Source: Daphnia carinata
Taxonomy: Eukaryota
NCBI RefSeq assembly: GCF_022539665.2
Contig: NC_081333.1
Span: 11,036,001 to 11,100,000 of the forward strand
Reading direction: 5' to 3'
DNA length: 64,000 bases
The position numbers were made by a program, and so were the translations under genes. This document shows positions 28,042 to 38,300 of this stretch, piece after piece (the stretch's first letter is position 1; each line of letters opens with the position of its first letter). The notes under the pieces were generated by a model, which saw nothing but the letters and a program-made list of their open reading frames with translations, had not been told where the DNA came from and did not search any database.

Positions 28042-29051
28042 ATGGATAAGATAATAAAACAAAAAAATGGTAAGTATAAACATTATTATATTGGTTTTCA
28101 ATTATTAATTATTGTTTATTAGATCAAATTATGAAGCTGCAGGCCCAGTTATTGGAACAACACAAAATATTAGATAACAAAGCTAAGGATCGTAGGCCTA
28201 ACACGTAATGATTCTATTTATTTGCTTTTATTCATTCGTGTTTTGTAGCTCAAATTTTGAGTCTTCAAGCTCAGCTAGGGGAAAAGAACAAATTGGAACG
28301 GAACAGTTTCCAAACAGTGAAGGAGGTTTTTCAAAACTCATCTCTAACTGAACGTGAGGATGAGTTGGCATTAGGCGAACACAGCCAGGTACCTAAAGTT
28401 TTCAAATAAGAATTCAAAATAAGTATAGAATTTTAAAAAACAATTATTTATTGCTTAGTTATTCAGTCCACCACATGACAGTGTGTTAAATTTAAATTCT
28501 GTTAGTGCTGCACTAAAAGAATCGTTAGTAATAAGCTCATGCAGTGAAGGAATTGAACAATTATGGGAACGTATTTGGGCCGAAAATGGGTGTGGTACAG
28601 AAACCCAGAAATGGCACAAGTTCAACATGAAACATGGATTAGGTACTTTTCGGTTTTTTGTCTATCGAAAAAGTATTTTTAATGCTATTATTTTGCATTC
28701 ACAGATTTTAACGGGGGATCAAATCAAGTCTGGAAGTGTTACAGGATGGAAGAGTGAGCCTACAGATGAAAAAACACTGAGAGTGCATTACCGTAAGGTG
28801 TGAGGTAAATTAATAGAGTAATGCAAATTGCCTAATGAGAAGTACCATCTTGTGTTAATGAATCCAGTACAACAGCAATCCTTTATAGTTCTGTCACAGC
28901 TAGAAGCCTCAAATAATTCTGCTTCTCTGTCTAAAGAACAACTTGTCCTTTATGTTCAGAGTGTTGGGGAAACTGGGTACTTAAATGGCCCTAAAGATGT
29001 TTTAATTTTGCTGCTATTGCAGAGATGAACATCATACATGGACTCTTTAGG
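28042..29051 (+). pseudogene. Decayed spliced gene of unknown family in the left arm of the foldback element
   Basis: ATG 28042 with GTAAGT donor, then GT-AG-bounded exons (QIMKLQAQLLEQHKILDNKAKD; QILSLQAQLGEKNKLERN..; ..EGIEQLWERIWAENGCGTETQKWHKFNMKHGL; ..ASLSKEQLVLYVQSVGETGYLNGPKDV). In-frame stops at 28801 and 28819. Confidence 0.65.
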
Positions 29052-30067
29052 TATGAAAGGATTTTTCTTCAAATAATTTTGAATTTATGACGAAGAATTT
29101 CTCCTCCTTTTTGCCAACCAGGTCTTATCTACCAAAAAAAATTTTATCCAATAGGAAAGGATTTTCATGTACTGGGAACACAACTATCAACAATGCAACA
29201 TTCTACAGGTGCTAGTTTATCATTCAAGAGCCTTATACAATGAAGTTAATCTGCAATTTGTATGTCCTTTCCCAAGCTTCCATCAGAAGTTGAATCTCTG
29301 AGTCATGTAAGTTCCATGATCAACAATTGATGTGTTTAACGGTGTTGTTTTTCTTTTCTCAATATAGGTTAATAGTAACATTGGATCTGAAAAGATTTTT
29401 GGTTGGGGCAAGACACTGAATAAATTGTATTGATTGGATGGATGACATGACATTGCTATACTTAATTCGGATTCCCCAGACGGTATTTGATATTAAAAAA
29501 ATTGAAGTGCATATCTGGGCTCCCTTCTTTTCTGAAGCCCCGTTTCCCCTTGACTCATAATAAGCCCGTAGGGGGTCATGCCCATACTGTACGGTATATA
29601 TAAAAACAACATATACCGAGGTTTGGAGGGCTCTGGCCGGAAAGGGGACGTGGGGTGCCGCTTCGTCCGATGATGTGTTCACGGAGGGTGACGTGGCTGC
29701 CCACAAATCCGAACTAAAGGTTAATCGCTCCTGTAAAAATGTTCCAAATCTTCAGCTCTTCTTCCGGCTTCTCTTAGCCAATCACCGGGTAATCTCCCCG
29801 GTGGGTCAACAAGGCAGTGTCTCCCCCTGCCTGGGTTGACGGCAACTTTTAAAAGGGCTATTGTGCCTTTTTAAAGTTGCAAAAATAATTGTAATGTGCA
29901 GAGAATTGTCAATAAAATTTTTTTTATAAAATATTTTTTGCAAAATTCGTTTCTTTCATTGTCTGTGTTAGTTTTGTTCACACATTGCATTTGCTTTATT
30001 TGTTTTTGTCACTTGATGGTAAGGTGACGTGTATTGGTTTATCGTTTATCTGTAAGCATTCTATTAT

Positions 30068-30132
30068 CATCCAGGGATCGAACCCTGGATGTTCGGCATA
30101 CCTCGCCGATGCTCTACCAATGAGCCACGAAT
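30068..30132 (-). ncRNA. tRNA-like unit 1 (Pol III A-box/B-box cassette; not a canonical tRNA)
   Basis: Minus strand TG-GCTC-ATTGGTA-GAGC-A-TCGGC-GAGGTAT-GCCGA-ACATC-CAGGG-TTCGATC-CCTGG. D-arm, anticodon-like arm and T-arm present; acceptor stem poor. Confidence 0.65.
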
Positions 30133-30258
30133 CATATGATTTTAAGTTGGCTTTTTTTTCTAGTCACTTGTGGACTTGCATTTACACTTAGAATAAAATT
30201 GAAATGCAATTGTGCAATATACTCTTCTACATTATTCTATATCATTTTTACACATCTA

Positions 30259-30318
30259 CTTAGGTTTGAACCCAGGGTAACAGGTATCGCAGATAAAAGC
30301 TCTACCATAGAGCTAAGA
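30259..30318 (-). ncRNA. tRNA-like unit 2 (Pol III A-box/B-box cassette)
   Basis: Minus strand TA-GCTC-TATGGTA-GAGC...CTGGG-TTCAAAC-C with the same tRNA spacing; anticodon arm degenerate. Confidence 0.55.
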
Positions 30319-30421
30319 ACCTTATGGCAGCAAAAGAAAGATAAACATATAGTTGTGAAAGACTGCATAAACATCCTAGACGATAACATATGATATGCGA
30401 TAATAAAAAATTTAAATATAT

Positions 30422-30486
30422 CTCGTGGCTCAATGTTAGAGCATCGGCGTTGCACGCTGAATGTCTGGGGATCGGTTCCCATACGA
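30422..30486 (+). ncRNA. tRNA-like unit 3 (Ala-TGC-like loop, degenerate B-box)
   Basis: CTCG-TG-GCTC-AATGTTA-GAGC-A-TCGGC-GTTGCAC-GCTGA-ATGTC-TGGGG-ATCGGTT-CCCAT-ACGAG; mirror homologue of unit 1. Confidence 0.55.
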
Positions 30487-31607
30487 GTAAAACAAAATAC
30501 AAAATTACTTCATAAAATATCCAGATTGTTCCTTGAATCTAAGTTGAAGAATTCAAAGAGTGTAATAAATAATACTTACAGATAAACGATAAACCAATGG
30601 AAACAATGCTTACCATCAAAGGTGACAAAGACAATAAAGGTGAATTAAGCAAGCTAAATATAAAAAATGTAACGTGTGAACAAAACTAACACAGACAATG
30701 AAAGAAACGAATTTTGCAAAAAAATTTTATAAAAAAAATTTTATTGACAATTCTCTGCACATTACAATTATTTTTGCAACTTTAAAAAGGCACTATAGCC
30801 CTTTCAAAAGTTGCCGTCAACCCAGGCAGGGGGAGACACTGCCTTGTTGACCCACCGGGGAGATTACCCGGTGATTGGCTAAGAGAAGCCGGAAGAAGAG
30901 CCGAAGATATGGAACATTTTTACTGGAGCGATTAACCTTTAGTTCGGATTTGTGGATAGCCACGTCGCCCTCCGTGAACACATCATCGGACTAAGCGGAC
31001 CCCCACGTCCCCTTTCCGGCCAGAGCCCTCCAAACCTCGGTATATGTTATTTTTATATATACCGTACAGTAGGGGCATGACCCCCTACGGGCTTATTACG
31101 AGTCAAGGGGAAACGGGGCTACGGAAAGGAAGGGAGCCCAGATATGCACTTCAATTTTTTAAATATCAAATACCGTCTCGGGAATCCGAATGAAGTATAG
31201 AAATATCATGTCATCCATCCAATCATTACAATTTATTTATTCAGTGTCATGCCCCAACCAAGAATTTTTTCAGATCAAATGTTACTATTAACCTACACTG
31301 AGAAAAGAAAAACAACACCATTAAGCATCTCAATTGTTGCTCATGTGACTTACATGACTCATAGATTCAACTTCTGGCAGAAGCTCGGGAAAGGCCATAC
31401 AAATTGTAGATGAAAATCATTGTATAAGGCTCTTGAAGGATAAAATAACACCCCTAGAATGTTGCATTGTTGATAGTTGTGTTCCCAGTATGCTGAAAAT
31501 CCTTTCCTATTGGATAAATTTTTTTTGTAGATTAGACATGGTTGGCAAAAAGGAGGAGAAAAGCTTCATCATAAATTCAAAAATTTTTCAAGAAAATTCC
31601 TTTCATA

Positions 31608-32620
31608 CCTAAAGAGTCCATGTATGATGTTCATCGCTGCAATGCCAGTGAAGTGAAACATCTTTAGGGCCATTTAAGTACCCAGCTTCACCAACACTCT
31701 GAGTGTAAAGGACAAGTTGTTCTTTAGCAAGAGATGCAGAATTATTTGAGGCTTCTAGCTATAACAGAACTATAAAGGATTGCTGTTACACAGGATTCAT
31801 TCACACAAGATGGTACTTCTCATTAGACAATTTGCATACTCTATTACTTTACCTCATACCTTAATGGTAATGCACTTTCAGTGTTTTTCAACTGTAGGCT
31901 CACTCTTCCATCCTGTAACACTTCTAGACTTGACTTGATTCCCCACTAGAATTCTGTGAATGCAAAATAATAGCATTAGAAATACTGTTTCGATAGACAA
32001 AAAACCGAAAAGTACCTAATTCATGTTTTATGTTGAACTCGTGCTATTTCTGGGTTTCCGTACCACACCCATTTTCAGCCCAAATACGATCCCACAATTG
32101 TTCAATTCCTTCGCTGCATGGACTTATTACTAACAATTCTTTTAGTGCAGCACTAACAGAATTTAACTTTAACACACTGTCAGGTGGTAGACTGAATAAC
32201 TAAGCAATAAATAATTGTTTGTTAAAATTCTATACTTATTTTGAATTCTTATTTGAAAAGTTTAGGTACCTGACTGTGTTCACCTAATGCCAATTCATCC
32301 TCATGTTCAGTTAGGGATGAGTTTGGAAAAACCTCCTTCACTGTTTGGAAACTGTTCCATTCCAATTTGTTCTTTTCACCTAGCTGAGCTTGTAGACTCA
32401 AAATTTGAGCTACAAAACACAAATGAATAAAAGCAAATAAATAGAATCATTACGTATAAGCCCTTACCATCCTTAGCTTTGCTGTTATCTAATATTTTGT
32501 GTTGTTCCAATAATTGGGCCTGCAGCTTCATAATTTGATCTAATAAACAATAATTAATAATTGAAAACCAATATAATAATGTTTATACTTACCATCCTTT
32601 TGTTGTATTATCTTATCCAT
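31608..32620 (-). pseudogene. Mirror copy of the decayed spliced gene in the right arm
   Basis: Reverse complement of 28042-29051 with its own indels and stops; keeps GTAAGT/GTAAGG donors; ASLAKEQLVLYTQSVGEAGYLNGPKDV. Confidence 0.65.
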
Positions 32621-32843
32621 TTTTCAACTGTTCCTCCAGCCCCGCGTTATTCTCTCCATCCACGCTACTGAACTAACTGCGAATGGCATCCAATGGACTG
32701 AAATTGCCTACGCCAGTAATAACGAGTCTGAGCGGTAGATGGCTACGTGTCGGAAAAAAAGAAAAAAAGTGTGATTTTTTTTTTTTTTTTTTGGGCGAAA
32801 TTTTTTTTTTTTTTGTGTAAAACGGATTGCCATATATATATGT

Positions 32844-33548
32844 ATGGCAATATGGCAATCCGTTTTACCCAGAATAAAAATAAAAAATACTGCCTTTTTC
32901 TTAGTTTTACTGCTACCGCCATCTACCGATCACTTTTCTAGTTAATTCTCTACGTACACTGACCGAAAAAAAATTTAAGCCTGGCTAAATAAGCCCGACT
33001 AAGTAACCCCGACTTTCTGTTTTTTACGGTTGATTCAAAAAGTAGAAGCCTGATATAAAAACATACCCCCATTTTCGTGATCAGTGATCAATTTCGAATC
33101 GGAATAATGTATTTTTAATGAAATTTAGAATTTGAAGAAAATTGGAAAAGTGAGAAGGCCTTCTTACTTTTTCAATTTTGGCAAAATTTTAGATTTCGCT
33201 TTAAATACATGGTTTCGATGGAGAATTGAACGGACATCACGAATATGAGAGTTGTTTTCTCGTGGGACTCATGGTTTTTGAATAAAACGTAAAAAACGGT
33301 AAAAGTTGGGTTAAAAAATAAGCCCGACTTTATTTTTCGGGCTTAAAAATCTTTCCTATTAAAAAATAATATCACTAAATCTCAATAACTATTCATGATT
33401 ATCATCCAAAATTAACCAAGGAACACGAAAATGGAATTTTTTTTACGTAGAGTATATAGTTTTGAAGTAATCTAAAATATAAAATTAGTGTGTGTGCGAA
33501 TCGAAACCATTACTAGCGCGCCAGTACGCTACAGCGCTAGCGTGACAC
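32844..33548. mobile_element. Truncated non-autonomous element of the ATGGCAAT-TIR family (relative of 53645-55013)
   Basis: Starts ATGGCAATATGGCAATCCGTTTTACCC. Shares gttaattctctac.tacact.accgaa, aataagcccgact and cgctagcgctgtagcgtactggcg (rev. comp. at 33512-33541) with the 53.6-55.0 kb element. Internal imperfect palindrome ~33010-33310. No right TIR. Confidence 0.8.
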
Positions 33549-33982
33549 CAGACTTGCCGCGATCGCGATCATCGATCACCGATTACGATTAAAAAAACGA
33601 TCGCCGATCAAATCTTTACATTTTGATTTTGATTTGATCGGCGATCAAAAAACTCGTTGATGGACAGCGATCATTTTTGCGATTGAAGTCAGCGCCACCA
33701 AACGTAAAAACTTATGATTCATATAAATTTTTGCTAAAAAGTTTTGCTGAGGATGCTGTTTATCCTTTTTTCGCAGCAGACGCCCTTTGGTCGCCCTTGA
33801 CTTGAAATGGTGACAGTTTAGTTTAAATTTCCACCACTAGATTTCGCCCCAAAATGATCGCAATCGCAGAAATTTGATCGCCGATCAAATCATTTTGAAA
33901 AGATCGAATCGCCAATCAAAATCAATCAGTGATGATTTGATCGGCGATCAAAATCGAAAAAACAATCGCAACGGCAAGTCTG
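33549..33982. mobile_element. MITE with CAG-starting TIRs (hAT-like), 434 bp, TSD not preserved
   Basis: TIR CAGACTTGCCG / CGGCAAGTCTG; dense subterminal GATCGCCGATC/CGATC motifs; flanks cgtgacac vs tccttata do not match. Confidence 0.8.
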
Positions 33983-33986
33983 TCCT

Positions 33987-34902
33987 TATAGAATATAGTT
34001 TCATTTACAATCACTTGATTACTTTAACATTTGTACTACGACCCACTGCCACTGTTCTTACTTGTTTCAAGCTCAATGGCTGCATTAAAATGTATTCAGA
34101 ATTGTATTGTGGTGTTCTGGTGTAGGTACTGTTTGGACTAAGCTTTCTACAAGATGCTGCTTCTAGACGTTCACAGCTTACGAGTGGAATGGTCAATATT
34201 TTGACATCATTTGAAGAACGGTTGGCAAGGCTTGAAAAAACCATTTTGCCTGCATATCATAAAACAAAAAATTACAGCAAAAGCAAGAAAGTAAATTATA
34301 CATCCTTATTTAGGGCTTTAACTCAAGTTTGATGACTAATGCTTTTTTTTTCTTTTAGACATTTACAAAACCTTAGCTTCTTTGGATCATGTGATTGGCT
34401 ACTATAGTGTCAGCAAGGAAGTTGAGCCTGTCATTAAAGAAAGGCCTACTAGCCAAGGTCTGGAAATTTTTCTTTTAAACAGGTTGTGGAACCAGAATGG
34501 GAATCTGTTTACTGAGAAATGATTATTGAACAAAAGAGACTATTCTCAAAGGTAAGTAACATTCACTGATATCTTTGCAGAATTGTCTCAATGTTAATTT
34601 GTTCGATAAACTCTTAGTTGGAACAATGTGTTGGCCCCTATCTGGAATTCGGAAGATGTTCCTGCTTCTGTACTTTCTTCGGGCAGATTGCGGGAAAAGG
34701 ATAAAGCTTTGATAAAAGAGAAATTCTCGGTAGGTACCCAAATAGAGCATAGTTTTTAGATTTTGATTCACTATTTACATCACAATTCGACAAGAAGACT
34801 CAGCAAGGAGTTCAGTGCAGCAAACATAGTGAAAAATACATCAAGTACTCACCGGCCCAAATTTCATCAGTAATTGATACGTTCTTTGACGTAGCTGCAT
34901 GA
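33987..34902 (+). pseudogene. Exo70 duplicated (intron-retaining) pseudogene with deletions
   Basis: 33987-34470 matches 23868-24355, then jumps to the paralogue of ~26303. Exon 1 is missing; 1-nt frameshift near 34273; CGA>TGA near 34513; second deletion of ~26643-26777. Ends with the same DTFFDVAA* sequence. Confidence 0.93.
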
Positions 34903-35383
34903 ATTTGAAAAGCGTTATAATTAACAAGAAAACCATTCTGATTGCATTTTCAACACCAATTTAAATTTATTAAAAATTGAATTTCAATAGCGACAAGTCT
35001 GAATTCTTTTAAAACAATAGAGATAATTCAGTCAGCGTAGACTAATGGCATGTACACTTGTACAGGCACATTACATTTCATGAAAAAACATGACTCCGAT
35101 AAAAACGTCAAGTTTTTCAAGTTTAGAGAGCAGGATAGACACATGCCACAACACGTAAAATGGCTCTCCTTATTTTCTGCGTAATACTAGTGACAACTCC
35201 CTCTTAGGAAGACAGCACCGCTAGAGAAGAAACTGAGCCATTCGAGACGTTTGAATACGCATGAACTACAATTACGGAAACAGACAGTACACAACGTTGT
35301 AATCATCAGGGAATAAAATTCAAGGTTGTCATTCTCCAGCTCGAACAGTCGGATGCGTATATCTAGCCTAATTAACCTTTCCG

Positions 35384-38300
35384 TTACACCTGTTTTGAGC
35401 ATGTCTTCCCATGTTCATCCCAGTGCGCGACCTGAAAACGTTCGTTTAAAGACTTTTTCATTAAAGGCTTTGAATCAAATTGTAACGATTTCTTCTGCTT
35501 TCACAGTACCTGGCAGTCACGGGAACAGTAGAATGTAGTTTGGCACCCACTGCACTTTTGTTGGGCTTCTTGACCACACTTAAGACAGGTATAAACTTGA
35601 TGCTGTGGAACTTCCCGTGAAGGTCGACGACTGACAGATTGCCTAGGAACCTCCGATGATTGGGCAGCAAAATGTCTTTGAGCTTGGGCATTAACTGGTG
35701 GCGAAGACATGGGTATCTGACGCTGCTTTTGCATTAGTTGGTGTCCGCCTGGCAAGGAATGAGACTGCGACTGCGACACTTGCTGCTGCTGTATTCCAGC
35801 GATGTGATTTGGTCCTGGCTGTTGGTTAGACAGCTGTTGCGAAGCAGGCTGCTGCCTCACACGCTGTTGCTGAACAGGTATGTGCCCCTGTAGGTGTGAG
35901 CCTAGTAAGGGCATGTTTTGGCGGGACAAATTGTCTCCTGAGCCAGACCCCATTAAACAATGCTGAAGTTGTTGCGATTGACTCATTTGTTGCAAACCAT
36001 TGTGGTTGGTATACTGGTGCTGCAGCGTCGCCTGTTGCTGTCGATAAGACCCTGCTTGATAGCTGACAGGGACTTGCATCCGAGTTGACTGCAGGGTTTG
36101 TACGTATGCTTGGTGAGCTGCTTGTTGCTGTGGCCAAGAAGACTGTGGTGGCGGAACTGTTTGCTGGACCGCTGGCATCCGATGTCTACCTGTATACTGT
36201 GCGTTCATTATAGGAGTAACAACCGCAGTATTTTGCACCACTGTGGACGGATAGGCAAGTCCGTTACTTTCGGAGTTGCCCGCCCAACCTTGACGTGGCA
36301 TGGTAGGATGTCCTTCTGTCATCAGGGCGTTAGGGCTATTATGGGCAAATGGAGGTGTCTGATGATGAACTTGACGAACGTGGTTTGTGAGCATTGTGCT
36401 GAGCGCACCGATGGGCGAATGGCCATCCTGCAGAACTCTGGTAACTTGGCTCCGCTCAACTGGTGAATGCTCGGAACTTTGAGCAGAAATTTGCATATGG
36501 CTTGCCAAAGTTGGAGATCGGAATGCTTCGGGTGTGGCTAGGTGGATCGTAAAAGTCGGCATTGATGATTTTCCCGATGAAGGAGAAAATTCCACGCGCG
36601 AAGGAAGTATGCAGGCTTGATCTTTAAACTTCATCCCAACTTCAATTGCGCATCGTAGGTTGTTCTCCAGCATCTGTTTCATGTACGTGGAATCCACGGC
36701 CGGCATACCATACCAGCTAGCTTTTTGGGCTTGCAGAACTATCAAATCAAGCAGCGAAGCGGTTGTAGTATTCTTCTTAATCATAAGCCGATAGAATGGT
36801 ACGAAGTAGTCCTTCATATGTTCGGCGCCCTGTCGCAGTAATGGGTTATCACGACTGAGGCTAGTAATATCCTTTGAACAGGCGTAATTCGATTTCCATT
36901 GGGTAAATTGACGACAACTGTTCACAATTTCTTGATTGAGGAGTGTTTCATCATCTGAGTTTGCCGTTGGACTATTAGGATTTACAAACTGGGAAAAGAA
37001 AGGATACGCGTCGTTCAACGAATTCAATGAGATTGCCAGAGGTAGCACCGCAAACGAAGCGGTAGTTATATTTTGGCTTGTAGACGCTTGCATAGATTCA
37101 GAGTTACTCAAACTATCTGCCATTCGAATGGCTACAGGGTTGTTAGTTTTCGCAGACTGAGTGACGGATGGCGATCCCATTGCCGGCGTTGTTGTGCTGG
37201 ATAGGGTAGGGCTAAAGTCAACGGCGGATGTATTCTGTATCCTCAAACAAATCGGTTGAGTCTGAGGTGGCAGTGCTTCGCATTCCATTTCAACATGTGA
37301 TGGTAGTTCCGCGGACACAGTAACTGTTTCAATAGCTAATGTTCCAGCTTCTTCTGTTGACAAAGTCGATTGTGATTCGGCAACCGTCACTGGCGGTACA
37401 GTACTTGGCAGGCATTGCACAATAGGACAAGGTGATGGCTCCTGATTAGGCGAATCAACGTTCACTGATGTTGAGTTCTCCGGCAGTGGGGATGGTATAA
37501 TTTCTGATTCAGTTTTGTCTGCATGAATTTCGATTGCAAGTAAAATATTCAGATTAGGCATGATTTCCTCAAATGCCATGGCGTCTTTGATGGCTGTGAT
37601 CTCTTGCCTGTTCACTTCATTTTGTTTAAGTTTTTTACAGAATTCTATTTTGATTATTTCCTCTTCAATGTCAACTGCCCGTAAACATCTTTTCTTTCCT
37701 TCATCTGCCAGGTCTTCCAGTTTCAATTTCGCTTTTTCGATTTCAGAGGTAACTTTGTTGAGATCATCGTTTAGCTCTTGGCACATTTGACGAGCTTCAT
37801 CCAGAACTTTTACGAGCGTCTCGAGTTCTTCATTTTTCTGCCGAAAAATGTGTTCAGCTTTTTGATAGGCTGTTTCCGTCTGTTTATGCACGGTAGACTT
37901 GTTAGCAACTTCTTCTGTCAGTTCGGCGACACGTTTTTCATTTTCGGTGATATCCAGCAAGGGATTTGGCTCAACAAGCTTGGCGTCGCCCTGATCCAGC
38001 TGTTGGCGGATTAACTGCACTTGTAATTCTCTTAGCTTGATTTCTGTTTGGAGCACCATATGGTGAGTTCTTTTCTTTTCCGCCGCCAGTCGATTGCGTT
38101 CTTCACGTGCAATATTTACCTCGTCTGACAATGCTTGAACCGCAAGCACATTAGCAGATATATCAATATTTTTCACGCCTGATTCTTGTTCCAGTTTCTC
38201 TGACTTGGACACAAGTAAGCGGAGCTCTTTATTCAAGGTTCGACGTTCAGAAAAAATTTCTGAAAGAGCGGCTTGGATTTGCAATTTTTCTTGCCGGATT

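Larger units (their letters stand above)
27832..32833. mobile_element. ~5.0 kb foldback (mirror-image) TIR element; arms ~27832-30130 and ~30423-32833
   Basis: Termini ATGGCAATCCGTTTTAC / GTAAAACGGATTGCCAT. The left arm is the reverse complement of the right arm throughout: roughly 87-90% identical in sampled distal stretches and ~97% at 29690-29980 (by eye). Imperfect target duplication atgtatgt / at-atatatgt. Confidence 0.9.

Noticed and set aside
29660..29720. Hammerhead ribozyme or C/D snoRNA around CCGATGATG
   Set aside because: No CUGANGA/GAAA core with matching helices, and no box D with a closing stem.
30068..30486. Functional tRNA genes (Thr-GGT, Ala-TGC)
   Set aside because: Poor acceptor stems, non-canonical anticodon loop bases and a degenerate T-loop; reported as tRNA-like instead.
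27832..32833. Assembly artefact (mirrored read) as the explanation of the palindrome
   Set aside because: The arms differ by many substitutions and indels, including synonymous-type changes; an artefact would be nearly identical.
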